Source of the DNA: an uncultured Pelagibacteraceae bacterium
GTDB taxonomy: Bacteria; Pseudomonadota; Alphaproteobacteria; Pelagibacterales; Pelagibacteraceae
DNA: 64,000 bases
Reading direction: 5' to 3'
Assembly: GCA_902526405.1 (NCBI GenBank)
Contig: CABZKL010000002.1
Location: forward strand, 9,472-73,471
In this document: positions 37,267 through 50,892 of the stretch, piece after piece
How positions within the stretch are numbered: the first letter of the stretch is position 1
Layout: each line of letters starts with the position of its first letter
Position numbers and translations under genes: made by a program
Notes under the pieces: generated by a model
Database searches by the model: none
What the model saw: only the letters and a program-made list of their open reading frames with translations
What the model was told of the DNA's origin: nothing

Positions 37267-38155
37267 TTATTATTTTTTTGTTCGATAGAAATAAACCTAA
37301 TATAATTAAAATAGATCCAATTAAATGATAAAATAAAAATTTTTCATCAAAAAATATCATTGCAAAAATCGTACTAAATAAAGGGATTAATGATAAAAAT
37401 ATTCCTGATCTATTGGGTCCTATAATTGATACTGCTCCAGCCCAACAATAATAAGATCCAATGCTAGGAAAAATTGCAACATAAAGTAAAATATATATTA
37501 AGTTTAAATTTACATTTATTAAATTACCCTGATTAAATTCAATCAAAAAAGCAGGTGTAAGCATAAGCAATCCAAAAGTACAAATAATTTGGACAAGTGC
37601 TAAGAGTGAGATTTCAAAACTCCTTTTTTTTAAAAAAGCAGAGTAAACCCCCCATGAAATAATTGCAGCAACCATAAATAAATCTCCTGTATTAAAGTCT
37701 AGCGAAAATAATATGTCTAAATCAAGTTTAGTAATGATTACTAAAATTCCTATTATTGAAATTAACAGACCAGATAACTGAAAAATATTTGTTTTTTCTA
37801 TTTTGAATAAAAAACAAACCAAAATAATTGTAGCTGGTATTGCAGTGTTAAAAAGAGAGGCATTTATCACCTGAGTATAATTTAGCGCCTTGTAAGTAAG
37901 CGCAGTAAATAAAAAGACACTAGTAAGTCCTAGTAAAAATAATAATTTAAAATTTTTAAATATAATTTTTTTTAAACTCAAAATTTCTCTATAAGTAAAA
38001 GGCATCAGTATTATCCAAACAAGAAGCCATCTTAAAAATGCAAGGGTAAATGGAGATATACTTTCTATAAATGCAAATTTACCAATATTAAAATTACCAG
38101 CCCAAAATAATGTTGCACACACCAACATAAAGTAAGCTTTAATATTTTGGCTCAC
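37259..38155 (-). CDS. DMT/EamA family transporter
   Basis: LFWAGNF, SPFTLAFLRW, FNTGDL, IGPNRSGIF; GTG start. Confidence 0.85.
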   Translation of the reverse strand: MSQNIKAYFMLVCATLFWAGNFNIGKFAFIESISPFTLAFLRWLLVWIILMPFTYREILSLKKIIFKNFKLLFLLGLTSVFLFTALTYKALNYTQVINASLFNTAIPATIILVCFLFKIEKTNIFQLSGLLISIIGILVIITKLDLDILFSLDFNTGDLFMVAAIISWGVYSAFLKKRSFEISLLALVQIICTFGLLMLTPAFLIEFNQGNLINVNLNLIYILLYVAIFPSIGSYYCWAGAVSIIGPNRSGIFLSLIPLFSTIFAMIFFDEKFLFYHLIGSILIILGLFLSNKKIINA

Positions 38156-39397
38156 TTAACTAAATCTAAGAGAACTATATGGTTTTAAATCTAAATTAGT
38201 ATTTTCGTTTGCTATCATACCTGAAACGATCTTCCCAGATATTGGCCCTAAAGTCCATCCTAAATGATGGTGTCCAAAACAATAATAAATATTTTTATAA
38301 TTTTTAGATGGGCCCATAACAGGTAAAAAATCAGGTAATGTTGGTCTAAAACCTAACCACTCATCCTCATGTTCAGGTAAGTCTCCTAGCATATATTTTG
38401 CATTGTTAATTAAATTTTTTACTCTTGATTTAGATAAAGGATTATCCAAACCACCAAATTCTACGGTTCCCACAACTCTCAAACCTTGTTCCATTGGCGT
38501 TATCCCAAAACCTCTATTTGAAAATATTACCGGTCTACTTAACAAATGATCACAATTTTTAAAATGAACATGATATCCCCTTTCAGTATCCAGTGGTATT
38601 TTTTCACCAAAATTATCAGTCAGTTTTTTTGAGAAGGCACCACAAGCGATTACTGCTTTATCGAAAATATAATTTTGAGTTTCGGTTTTAAAAATAGGTT
38701 TTTCCTCATCAAAATTAATATCTTTGATATTAACTTTGTTAAATTTGCCTCCTTTTTTCAAAAATAAATTAAATAACTTTAGAAGTATTTTTTTTGGATT
38801 ACGAGCGTGTCTGGCGTAAGGATAGTAAACTCCTGCATGATAAATTGGCTTGATATGCGGTTCTAGATCATGAATTTCAGCTTTGTTAACTAATTGTTGC
38901 TTAACACCCAATTCCTCTCTTACATTAATTTCAAGTTCTCTACTTTTTAAATTCTGATCATTCCAAATATATAAAATTCCTTTGTTCTCAACTAAACCTT
39001 CTAAATCTATTTCATCAAATAATTCATCGTATGCTGGTAAGGCAAGATCTAAAATTTGATGCATATTTTTTGCTGTATGCATCATTTTATCGGTAGTAGA
39101 ATTCATTATAAATTTTAAAAACCATGGAATCATTTTAGGTACGTAGTTCCATTTTAATGCCAGTGGACCAGAGGAACTCATAAGCATAGCAGGCACGTCA
39201 CTTAATACATCTGGTCTATTTATTGGAACTGATGCATAAGGCGAAAAATGTCCTGCATTTCCGTAAGACGCGGCTTGCGCTCCAGGATTATCTCTATCAA
39301 AAATAGTTACGTTAAAACCTTTTTTTTGTAAAAATAAGGCATTAGAAACACCTTGTATGCCAGCACCCACTATTCCTATTTTAATATTTTTACTCAT
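38156..39397 (-). CDS. FAD-dependent oxidoreductase, D-amino acid dehydrogenase (DadA) family
   Basis: VGAGIQG, ASYGNAG, ERGYH, WLGFRPTLPDFLPVMG, FGHHHLGWTLGPISG. Confidence 0.88.
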   Translation of the reverse strand: MSKNIKIGIVGAGIQGVSNALFLQKKGFNVTIFDRDNPGAQAASYGNAGHFSPYASVPINRPDVLSDVPAMLMSSSGPLALKWNYVPKMIPWFLKFIMNSTTDKMMHTAKNMHQILDLALPAYDELFDEIDLEGLVENKGILYIWNDQNLKSRELEINVREELGVKQQLVNKAEIHDLEPHIKPIYHAGVYYPYARHARNPKKILLKLFNLFLKKGGKFNKVNIKDINFDEEKPIFKTETQNYIFDKAVIACGAFSKKLTDNFGEKIPLDTERGYHVHFKNCDHLLSRPVIFSNRGFGITPMEQGLRVVGTVEFGGLDNPLSKSRVKNLINNAKYMLGDLPEHEDEWLGFRPTLPDFLPVMGPSKNYKNIYYCFGHHHLGWTLGPISGKIVSGMIANENTNLDLKPYSSLRFS

Positions 39398-39463
39398 CGC
39401 TACTTATACAATTAATCAATTTAAAATTAAGAGTGACAAATTATGCTAGTTTGGAATTAAATA

Positions 39464-40588
39464 TTAAGCAATTGTTTGTTTGCGATTAATTTTGGCACTC
39501 AAAACAATACCAAAACCTATCATGGTGGCTAACATTGAAGAACCACCATAAGACATAATGGGGAGAGGTGAACCAACAATTGGAAGTAAACCCAAAACCA
39601 TTGACAAGTTTACCACGATATAAATAAAAATTGAAAAAGCAAAACCAAAGCAGAATAATTTAGAAAAATTACTTCTTGATAGTGCTCCAATACGAATGAC
39701 TCTGAATATAATTATTGTGTAAAGAATTAAAAGACCGACAGATCCTATAAAGCCAAATTCCTCTGAAAATAAAGTAAAAATAAAGTCAGTGTGTTTTTCT
39801 GGTAAAAAATCTAAATAACTTTGTGTACCTTTTAAAAATCCCTTACCCTCAAGCCCACCTGATCCTATAGCAATTTTGGATTGAATAATTTGATAACCTG
39901 CTCCTAAAGGATCTCTGTCTGGATCCAAAAATGTTAATATTCTCAATTTTTGATAAGGTTTTAAAAAAGATATAATAAAAGGAAGAGATATTAAAAAAGT
40001 TATGAATGAATAGACAAAGTATTTTACTTTTACTCCTCCTAACCACAAAACAATTAACCCACTCATAGCAATTAGTACTGATGTTCCAAGATCTGGTTGA
40101 GATATTACAAATATAATTGGTATTGTTATAATTGATAGTACTAAAGTAATACTTGTCAGGGAATTTACATTTTCAACTTTTATCCGATGATAGTATTTTG
40201 CAAGACATAAAATAATAGCAATTTTCATTAGTTCTGAAGGCTGAAGAACAAATAAATATAAATCCATCCATCTTTGTGAGCCTGATGATTTAAGACCAAA
40301 AAATGAGACGTACAGTAATAACAGAATAATTAAAAAGTAAAATAAATATGCAAAAGTATGCCAATATCTAATATTAAAAAATGCAATGAATATCATCATA
40401 GGAAAAAAAACTGCTAGTTTACTAAAATGACTTTTGGTATGAAAAAGTATCTCTCCACCATCTGTTGAATACATCACCAATAAACTTATTATTGATAAAA
40501 GAATAATACAAATCAACAATGTATAGTCCATCTCTTTAATTTTTTGAAAAAAAGAGAGTTCTGAATTTAATGTATCTCTTTGAAACAT
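39464..40588 (-). CDS. rodA: Rod shape-determining protein RodA
   Basis: GSQRW, QPSELMK, QPDLGT, GYQIIQSKIAIGSGG, PEKHTDFIF, SYGGSS. Confidence 0.95.
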   Translation of the reverse strand: MFQRDTLNSELSFFQKIKEMDYTLLICIILLSIISLLVMYSTDGGEILFHTKSHFSKLAVFFPMMIFIAFFNIRYWHTFAYLFYFLIILLLLYVSFFGLKSSGSQRWMDLYLFVLQPSELMKIAIILCLAKYYHRIKVENVNSLTSITLVLSIITIPIIFVISQPDLGTSVLIAMSGLIVLWLGGVKVKYFVYSFITFLISLPFIISFLKPYQKLRILTFLDPDRDPLGAGYQIIQSKIAIGSGGLEGKGFLKGTQSYLDFLPEKHTDFIFTLFSEEFGFIGSVGLLILYTIIIFRVIRIGALSRSNFSKLFCFGFAFSIFIYIVVNLSMVLGLLPIVGSPLPIMSYGGSSMLATMIGFGIVLSAKINRKQTIA

Positions 40589-42492
40589 TAGATATTTATA
40601 TTTTCGAAATTAGATTGCTTGTTTCTAAGTTCGTCCCTATCGATTATTAATTTGAATAATTCTTTTGCCATTGGAGCAGCAGCTTTACTGCCTGAACCAC
40701 CGTGCTCAACAATTATACTTAATGCATATCTTGGATTTTTATATGGACCATAAGCAACATAAAGTGCATGATCTCTATCCTTATAAGGTATTTGTTCTAA
40801 TTTTAGATCAAGTTCCCTTTCTCTTTTACTTATTCTTTTTACTTGAGAAGTTCCAGTTTTGCCTGCAAATTGATATTTTGGATTGTCAATTCTGGATCTG
40901 TAAGAAGTACCAAATTGCTCATTTGTAGAACTAAACATTGCTTCTTGAACTATTTTAATATTTTTTGAATCATCAAATAATCTGGTATTAGGTTTTTGCA
41001 AAGACTGAAGTTCCATAAAGTTTTTTGCATCTTCTAAAGTTAAAGGATCATCATTTACTATAATTTTTGGTTTAATTTTATATCCACCATTTGCAATTTG
41101 AGCTGTCATCAAACATAATTGTAGGGGTGTAGTTTGAGTATATCCTTGCCCAATTCCTGTAATTAATGTTTCACCTAAAACCCATCCTTTTCCAAGATTA
41201 TTTTTTTTCCAATTAGTATTTGGAAACAAACCTCTTTTTTCATTATCAAAGTATTCTCCTAATACTTTTTCACCTAAACCAAACTTTTTAGCAGTGACAT
41301 TTAATCGATCAACTCCTAACAATCTTGCAATTTCATAAAAATAAGTATCACAAGATTGTTTCATTGCATTTTTTAAACTTACAAAACCATGTCCTTTTTC
41401 TTTCCAGCAATGAAAAGTTTGCCCATATAATTCAGTTTTACCCGTGCATTTAACTTTAAAATTCGGATTGATAATATTGTTCTCTAAAGCAGAAAGAGCT
41501 ACGATTGGCTTAATGGTTGATCCTGGAGAATAAAGCCCTGAAAGAGTTTTATTAATCAAAGGTTTTAATGGATTATTTCTAATTAGTTGCCACTCATCTT
41601 GACTAATACCAAATAAAAATAAATTTGGATCATAAGAAGGAGAAGAGTACATAGCAATTATATCTCCTGTATAAATATCCATAACACTTATTGATCCTGC
41701 TTTATTCGAAAGCAATTGGGCAGAAAGTTTTTGAACTTCTGTATCTACAGTTAATCTAATTTTGCTACCTTGTAGTCCTTTTTGATATTCGAGTTGATTT
41801 ATTCTTTTGCCATAAGCATTAACCTCATATCTTTGAATTGCGTTAGTCCCTATTAACTGGTTCTCAAGTGTTTTTTCTAAACCAAGCTTTCCAATTTTCA
41901 TACCTGGAACGAATCTTTCTTTTACTATTTCATTTTCTAATATTTCCTCTTCGTTCGGTTGACTTACGTAGCCTAAAACATGAGTATACATTTCATTAAA
42001 TGGATAATTTCTAGAAATTGTCATTACAGGTTTTACACCAACTAAATCGTATAAATAATTGTTAACCTTTAAAAATTGGCTCCAACTTAAATTCTCAGAT
42101 ACAATTATACTGTCCCAAGGTTTTAATTTATTTTTTAAATTTACTATTTTCTGAATTTTTTTCTCACTTAAATTTAAAAGTGTTTTTAATCTTAATAAAA
42201 GATAGTTAAAGTTTTCTACCTGCTCAGGTATAATGTGTAATTGATAAACTTTTAAATTACCTGCAATTATATTTCCAAAATAATCAACAATGTTCCCTCT
42301 TGTGGGTGGGAGTTTCCATTCTCTAATCCTGTTTTTATCTGAAAGTGTAAGATATTTTTTATTTTCATTAATTTGAAGAGAAAAAAGACGAGCAACAATT
42401 CCTGTAAAGATAATTATTTTTGCGGCACCAATAATAAACATTCTTCTGTTAATTATGTCTGATTTTCTAATTCCTAAATTTTCTTTAATCAT
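40588..42492 (-). CDS. mrdA: Penicillin-binding protein 2
   Basis: PTRGNI, SxxK (PGSTIK), SCD, KTGTSQV, DHAL; mre operon context. Confidence 0.95.
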   Translation of the reverse strand: MIKENLGIRKSDIINRRMFIIGAAKIIIFTGIVARLFSLQINENKKYLTLSDKNRIREWKLPPTRGNIVDYFGNIIAGNLKVYQLHIIPEQVENFNYLLLRLKTLLNLSEKKIQKIVNLKNKLKPWDSIIVSENLSWSQFLKVNNYLYDLVGVKPVMTISRNYPFNEMYTHVLGYVSQPNEEEILENEIVKERFVPGMKIGKLGLEKTLENQLIGTNAIQRYEVNAYGKRINQLEYQKGLQGSKIRLTVDTEVQKLSAQLLSNKAGSISVMDIYTGDIIAMYSSPSYDPNLFLFGISQDEWQLIRNNPLKPLINKTLSGLYSPGSTIKPIVALSALENNIINPNFKVKCTGKTELYGQTFHCWKEKGHGFVSLKNAMKQSCDTYFYEIARLLGVDRLNVTAKKFGLGEKVLGEYFDNEKRGLFPNTNWKKNNLGKGWVLGETLITGIGQGYTQTTPLQLCLMTAQIANGGYKIKPKIIVNDDPLTLEDAKNFMELQSLQKPNTRLFDDSKNIKIVQEAMFSSTNEQFGTSYRSRIDNPKYQFAGKTGTSQVKRISKRERELDLKLEQIPYKDRDHALYVAYGPYKNPRYALSIIVEHGGSGSKAAAPMAKELFKLIIDRDELRNKQSNFENINI

Positions 42493-43003
42493 TTTTTTTT
42501 TGTAAAATTAATTCAGTTAAAAAGTTAAATACTACGAAAAATATTGGATAAAACAAAAATGTAAATCCTGTATTTACTACATAGCTAGTGTAATTAATTT
42601 CGATAAGAAATATCAAATCTAATATAATTACCTGTATTGAATTAATTAGGATCATTGTAAATAAAAAAGAAAACCAGTCTTTTACAAAGTTTGGGCTTAA
42701 TGTAATATTCCTTATGTATGCTGTTACTGCGCATAGTATCAAATAACATAAGCTACTTGTACCTATAGGAATACCTATAACGACATCATTTATAATCCCT
42801 GCTAAAAATATAGAAAAGTATCCCAGGCTATCAGGATTTCTTAAAGTCCAATAAAAAATTAAAATATAAACAAAATTAAAAGAGAAATTTTCAATTTTTA
42901 AGTAATTAAAATCAAATTCATTAAATACAGAAATAAACAAAATAATCAAAGGTAAGTAGGATAAAAATGCTCTGAAAAATGTGCTTTTATTTAGAGAAGA
43001 CAT
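42485..43003 (-). CDS. mreD: Rod shape-determining protein MreD
   Basis: Hydrophobic, YWTLRNP, GIINDVVIGIPIG; lies between mreC and mrdA. Confidence 0.8.
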   Translation of the reverse strand: MSSLNKSTFFRAFLSYLPLIILFISVFNEFDFNYLKIENFSFNFVYILIFYWTLRNPDSLGYFSIFLAGIINDVVIGIPIGTSSLCYLILCAVTAYIRNITLSPNFVKDWFSFLFTMILINSIQVIILDLIFLIEINYTSYVVNTGFTFLFYPIFFVVFNFLTELILQKKND

Positions 43004-43851
43004 TAATTTTTATCTCCAATACTAAACGAAGATATTTTAATATAGTTTAATTGTGTAAAATCAGAAAAGAAATTAACCTTACTTTTTGAATCTTTAGATA
43101 TTTTTCCAATAGGTATCCCAGGTTTAAAAAGACCTCCAAGACCTGAAGTATAAATTATTGAGTCTATTTTATTTAAATCATTTTCAATGTCGTCTTTTGT
43201 ATGTTCAATTATTCCATAATCCTTACCAGTGCCTGAAACCACTGCTTGAATATTTTGTGGAGCTAAAACTGAAGGTATTTTACTATTAAGATCAGATAAC
43301 AATAAGGCTCTAGAATTTGTATAATTAACCTCAATTATTTGGCCTACAAGATAAACACCATCTATTATTGCCATTCCCATTTTTACATTATCTTTTGTTC
43401 CTTTATTTAAAATAATAGATTTTAGGAAAGGGCTTTCTCGATCAATTAAAACTTTTGCTAATATTTCATCGGAATTTATATTTTCGTTAATAAGATTTCT
43501 CAACTTTTCATTTTCTGATTTTAAAAAATTATTTGTTATTTTTTCTTGTTTTAAATTTTCTAGTTCTAATTTTATAACTTTATAGTTTTCAAATAAATCT
43601 ATATGATCTTTGATCTTAAAAGTTAATTCCTTTACATAATTCTCAGGCTTAGATGCTATATATGAAGATCTATAAATAATTTCATTAATACCAATCTTTA
43701 CAAACTGAATAGGTTTAAAATTTATATTACTTAAAATAATTACAACTATTGATAATAATATTAGACTAAGTAATGAAAATTTTTGTTTATCTTTTTTTTT
43801 TAAAAAAGCTGATCTAAAGGCAATTACAAAATCGTCTCTGCCTGTAGCCAT
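43003..43851 (-). CDS. mreC: Rod shape-determining protein MreC
   Basis: N-terminal TM, ENEKLRNL coiled coil, LVGQI, TSGLGGLFKPGIPIG. Confidence 0.9.
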   Translation of the reverse strand: MATGRDDFVIAFRSAFLKKKDKQKFSLLSLILLSIVVIILSNINFKPIQFVKIGINEIIYRSSYIASKPENYVKELTFKIKDHIDLFENYKVIKLELENLKQEKITNNFLKSENEKLRNLINENINSDEILAKVLIDRESPFLKSIILNKGTKDNVKMGMAIIDGVYLVGQIIEVNYTNSRALLLSDLNSKIPSVLAPQNIQAVVSGTGKDYGIIEHTKDDIENDLNKIDSIIYTSGLGGLFKPGIPIGKISKDSKSKVNFFSDFTQLNYIKISSFSIGDKN

Positions 43852-43856
43852 CTTTT

Positions 43857-46462
<2,606 letters not shown>

Positions 46463-46568
46463 AACTAAATTTCATAGAAAATTCATATTACAATCTATAA
46501 GTGATATTGCAAAATAAATGTTAAATTTTATGTATATTTTTGAGACCTTTTTGGGTCTTTGTCAAAAT

Positions 46569-47603
<1,035 letters not shown>

Positions 47604-47609
47604 TTATAA

Positions 47610-48158
47610 TTAATTAAATATTTTGGCACCTCTTGTCATCGCAACAGCCCCAGTTCTAGAAGTGCTAATAAGTCCCCAAGGTTTTAATTTTTTACTAATT
47701 TTATCAATTTCTCGTCTAAGTGCTGTTATTTGAATAACTTTAGATGTTTTAGTTTCATCTAAAATAACTAAATCAAATTTTTTACAAGCATTTAAACATT
47801 TTTCCATTTTCTTTTTTTTTCCAGTAATTTTAAATAATGCCATTTCTTTAAAAATGACATTTTTATCTTCTCTTTTAAATTCTGCAACTTTATGCACAGG
47901 CACTAATTTAGCTAATTGAAGTTTGATTTGATCAATCACTTGTGGCGTTCCTGTAGTAACAATTGTAATTCTAGAAATATTTTTAACCGCATCTACCTCT
48001 GCAACCGCTAAAGACTCGATATTGTATCCTCGACCAGAAAATAATCCCACTACTCTTGCAAGTACGCCGGCCTCATTATCAACCCAAACGACAAATATAT
48101 ATGTATCAGATTTCTCTTTTTTAGTTGGAACACTATAAGCTGATTTTGATTTTGGCAT
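47610..48158 (-). CDS. ilvN: Acetolactate synthase small (regulatory) subunit
   Basis: VDNEAGVLARVVGLFSGRGYNIESL ACT domain, RTGAVAMTRG. Confidence 0.95.
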   Translation of the reverse strand: MPKSKSAYSVPTKKEKSDTYIFVVWVDNEAGVLARVVGLFSGRGYNIESLAVAEVDAVKNISRITIVTTGTPQVIDQIKLQLAKLVPVHKVAEFKREDKNVIFKEMALFKITGKKKKMEKCLNACKKFDLVILDETKTSKVIQITALRREIDKISKKLKPWGLISTSRTGAVAMTRGAKIFN

Positions 48159-48163
48159 TATAA

Positions 48164-49930
48164 TTAAACTAAGGCTTTGCCTTTACCCTTTATTTTGTTA
48201 TCTTCCTGGTCATTGGGTCCTAAGATCATCTGATTGTGAGGTTTTCCTGAAGGTATCATTGGGAAACAATTTTCATTAGGATCAACATGACAATCAAAAA
48301 TAACTGGACCATTATAATTAATCATTTCTTTAATTTTTTCATCTAATTCAGATGGTTTTTCTGCTTTAATTCCTTTGCAACCATAAGCTTCAGCCATTTT
48401 TAAAAAATCAGGAAGTGCTTCAGAATAACTCTCTGAATAGTTTTTTTCATGTAAAAGCTCTTGCCATTGTCTAACCATTCCCATGTACTGATTATTTAAA
48501 ATAAAAATTTTAATTGGTAAGTTATATTGTACTGCAGTGGACATCTCTTGCATTGTCATTAACACAGAAGCTTCACCAGCAATATCAACTACTAACTTTT
48601 CAGGGTGTGCAATTTGTACACCTACTGCTGCTGGTAATCCATAACCCATTGTACCTAAACCTCCAGATGTCATCCATCTATTTGGTTTATTAAATTTATA
48701 ATGTTGTGCTGCCCACATTTGATGCTGACCAACTTCAGTTGTTACATAAGTATCTTTATCTTTTGTTAATTCATATAGTCTTTGAACAGCATGTTGAGGC
48801 TTGATGCTGTCATTACTGTTAACAAAATTAAGGGAGTCTTTGCCTCTCCATTTTTGTATCTGTTCCCACCACTTAGCAATATTTGATTTATTAGATTTGC
48901 TGTGACCATTTTTTTTCTTTAAGATTGTTTTATTTACTTTACCAATTACCTTCGTAACATCTCCTACTATAGCAAGATCAACTTTTATAATTTTATTTAT
49001 AGAAGAAGGATCAATATCAATATGAACTTTTTTTGAATTTGGCGAAAATTCATCTATTTTTCCAGTGATACGATCATCAAATCTTGCACCAATGTTTATT
49101 AAAAGATCGCAATCATGCATAGCATTGTTGGCTTCATAGGTTCCATGCATGCCTAACATTCCAAGAAATTGATTGTCATCACCAGGATATGCACCTAAAC
49201 CCTGAAGTGTGGAAGTGATTGGAAATCCTGTTAATTCTACAAACTCTCTTAATGCATCACTTGCCTTAGGGCCTGAATTAATTACTCCACCCCCACTATA
49301 AATAACTGGTTTTTTAGCGTTTTTTAATAAATCAATTAGTTGATCTATTTGTTTTTGAGAAAATTTTTTATTTAATTTTCCATTTAATTTTTTTTCCTTT
49401 TTTGGTTTTTTGTATTTCGTTTTTGCAAATTGAATATCTTTTGGAATATCAACTAAAACAGGACCTGGCCTTCCTGTGGTTGCAACTTTAAATGCTTCAT
49501 GCATTATTTCTGATAAATCATTTATATCTTTTACTAACCAATTATGTTTTGTGCAGGGCCTAGTAATACCAGTGGTATCACATTCTTGAAATGCATCAGT
49601 TCCTATTAAATGTGTTGGAACTTGGCCAGAAATACAAACCAAGGGAACCGAGTCCATATATGCATCTGTTAACGCGGTAACAACATTAGTAGCTCCAGGT
49701 CCAGACGTAACTAAAACAACTCCAGGCTTACCTGAAGATCTTGCATATCCCTCAGCTGCATGACCGGCGCCTTGTTCGTGTCTCACTAAAATATGCTTAA
49801 TAGAAGTATGATTTTTAAGTTCATCATAAATTGGTAAAACTGCTCCACCAGGATATCCAAAAATATGTTCTACTTTTTGATCTTCAAGGCATTTAAAAAC
49901 AATTTCTGCTCCTGTGTATAATTTTGGCAT
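48164..49930 (-). CDS. ilvB: Acetolactate synthase large subunit
   Basis: FGYPGGAVLP, RHEQGA, TSGPGATN, MLGMHG, SGGLGTMG, GMVRQWQ. Confidence 0.97.
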   Translation of the reverse strand: MPKLYTGAEIVFKCLEDQKVEHIFGYPGGAVLPIYDELKNHTSIKHILVRHEQGAGHAAEGYARSSGKPGVVLVTSGPGATNVVTALTDAYMDSVPLVCISGQVPTHLIGTDAFQECDTTGITRPCTKHNWLVKDINDLSEIMHEAFKVATTGRPGPVLVDIPKDIQFAKTKYKKPKKEKKLNGKLNKKFSQKQIDQLIDLLKNAKKPVIYSGGGVINSGPKASDALREFVELTGFPITSTLQGLGAYPGDDNQFLGMLGMHGTYEANNAMHDCDLLINIGARFDDRITGKIDEFSPNSKKVHIDIDPSSINKIIKVDLAIVGDVTKVIGKVNKTILKKKNGHSKSNKSNIAKWWEQIQKWRGKDSLNFVNSNDSIKPQHAVQRLYELTKDKDTYVTTEVGQHQMWAAQHYKFNKPNRWMTSGGLGTMGYGLPAAVGVQIAHPEKLVVDIAGEASVLMTMQEMSTAVQYNLPIKIFILNNQYMGMVRQWQELLHEKNYSESYSEALPDFLKMAEAYGCKGIKAEKPSELDEKIKEMINYNGPVIFDCHVDPNENCFPMIPSGKPHNQMILGPNDQEDNKIKGKGKALV

Positions 49931-49981
49931 TTCGCAATCTAGCTGAAGTTGTGCTAATTGGTCAAGTTTTGATTGAGATAT

Positions 49982-50890
49982 TTAAATTTTTTTTAAAAAA
50001 TTATTTAACTCTTTCGGTTTTAATTTGAGCCAACTATCCATATTGCCTCTTGCCCATGTACTTTGTCTTTTAGCGTATTGCCTAGTTTTTATTGATATAT
50101 TTTCAATAATGTCTTCCAATTCCATTTTATTGTTTAAGTATTGTCTAATTTCATTAATGCCAATAGCTTTGTTAACACTTTTGTCTTTTTTCACCTTTAA
50201 TTTGATAAAATTTTTTACTTCTTTAATTGCTCCATTTTTAATCATTTCCTTAGATCTGTGATTAATTCTCTCAATTAATTCCAAACGGGGAAAGTCAATA
50301 TAAATTTTATAAAAATCACTTTTTTGAAAATTAGACTTAGTATTTTTGTACCATTCATGAATTGATTTCTTGGTATATAATTTTACTTCATAGGCTCTTA
50401 TGGATCTATGGGTATCAGTTGGATTAATTTTATTTTTAGAGGCTGGGTCAAGTTTTAAAAGTTTTTTAAAAAACTTATTTTGACCAGTATTTAATCGTTG
50501 AGCTCTTATTTGATTTCTAATCTTTACCGGTATGTTTGGAATTTTTACCAATCCATCTGTTAGTGCCTTAAAATATAATCCAGTTCCCCCTACAAGGATT
50601 GGTGTTTTTTTTCTTTTTTTTATTTCTTCAATTTTTTTGGATACTAATTTCAACCAATTTCCAGTTGAAAAATTTTTTGTTACATTATGAAAACCATACA
50701 AATGATGTTTAATTTTTTGATATTTTTTAGGATCTGGTCTTGCAGAAAGAATTTTTAATTCTTTATAAACTTGCATACTATCTGCATTAATAATTTCACC
50801 ATTAATTTTTTTAGCAAGTTTAATTGCAAATTTTGATTTTCCTGAAGCAGTTGGTCCAGAAATTAATATAATCTTGGATTTAAAATCCAT
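49982..50890 (-). CDS. miaA: tRNA dimethylallyltransferase
   Basis: GPTASGKS, INADSMQVY, VGGTGLY, TRQYAKRQSTW. Confidence 0.96.
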   Translation of the reverse strand: MDFKSKIILISGPTASGKSKFAIKLAKKINGEIINADSMQVYKELKILSARPDPKKYQKIKHHLYGFHNVTKNFSTGNWLKLVSKKIEEIKKRKKTPILVGGTGLYFKALTDGLVKIPNIPVKIRNQIRAQRLNTGQNKFFKKLLKLDPASKNKINPTDTHRSIRAYEVKLYTKKSIHEWYKNTKSNFQKSDFYKIYIDFPRLELIERINHRSKEMIKNGAIKEVKNFIKLKVKKDKSVNKAIGINEIRQYLNNKMELEDIIENISIKTRQYAKRQSTWARGNMDSWLKLKPKELNNFLKKI

Positions 50891-50892
50891 GA

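Noticed and set aside
46463-46568. Possible leucine attenuator upstream of leuA
   Set aside because: No Leu-rich leader peptide found; only a weak 5-bp hairpin (AGACC/GGTCT) near the ilvC stop
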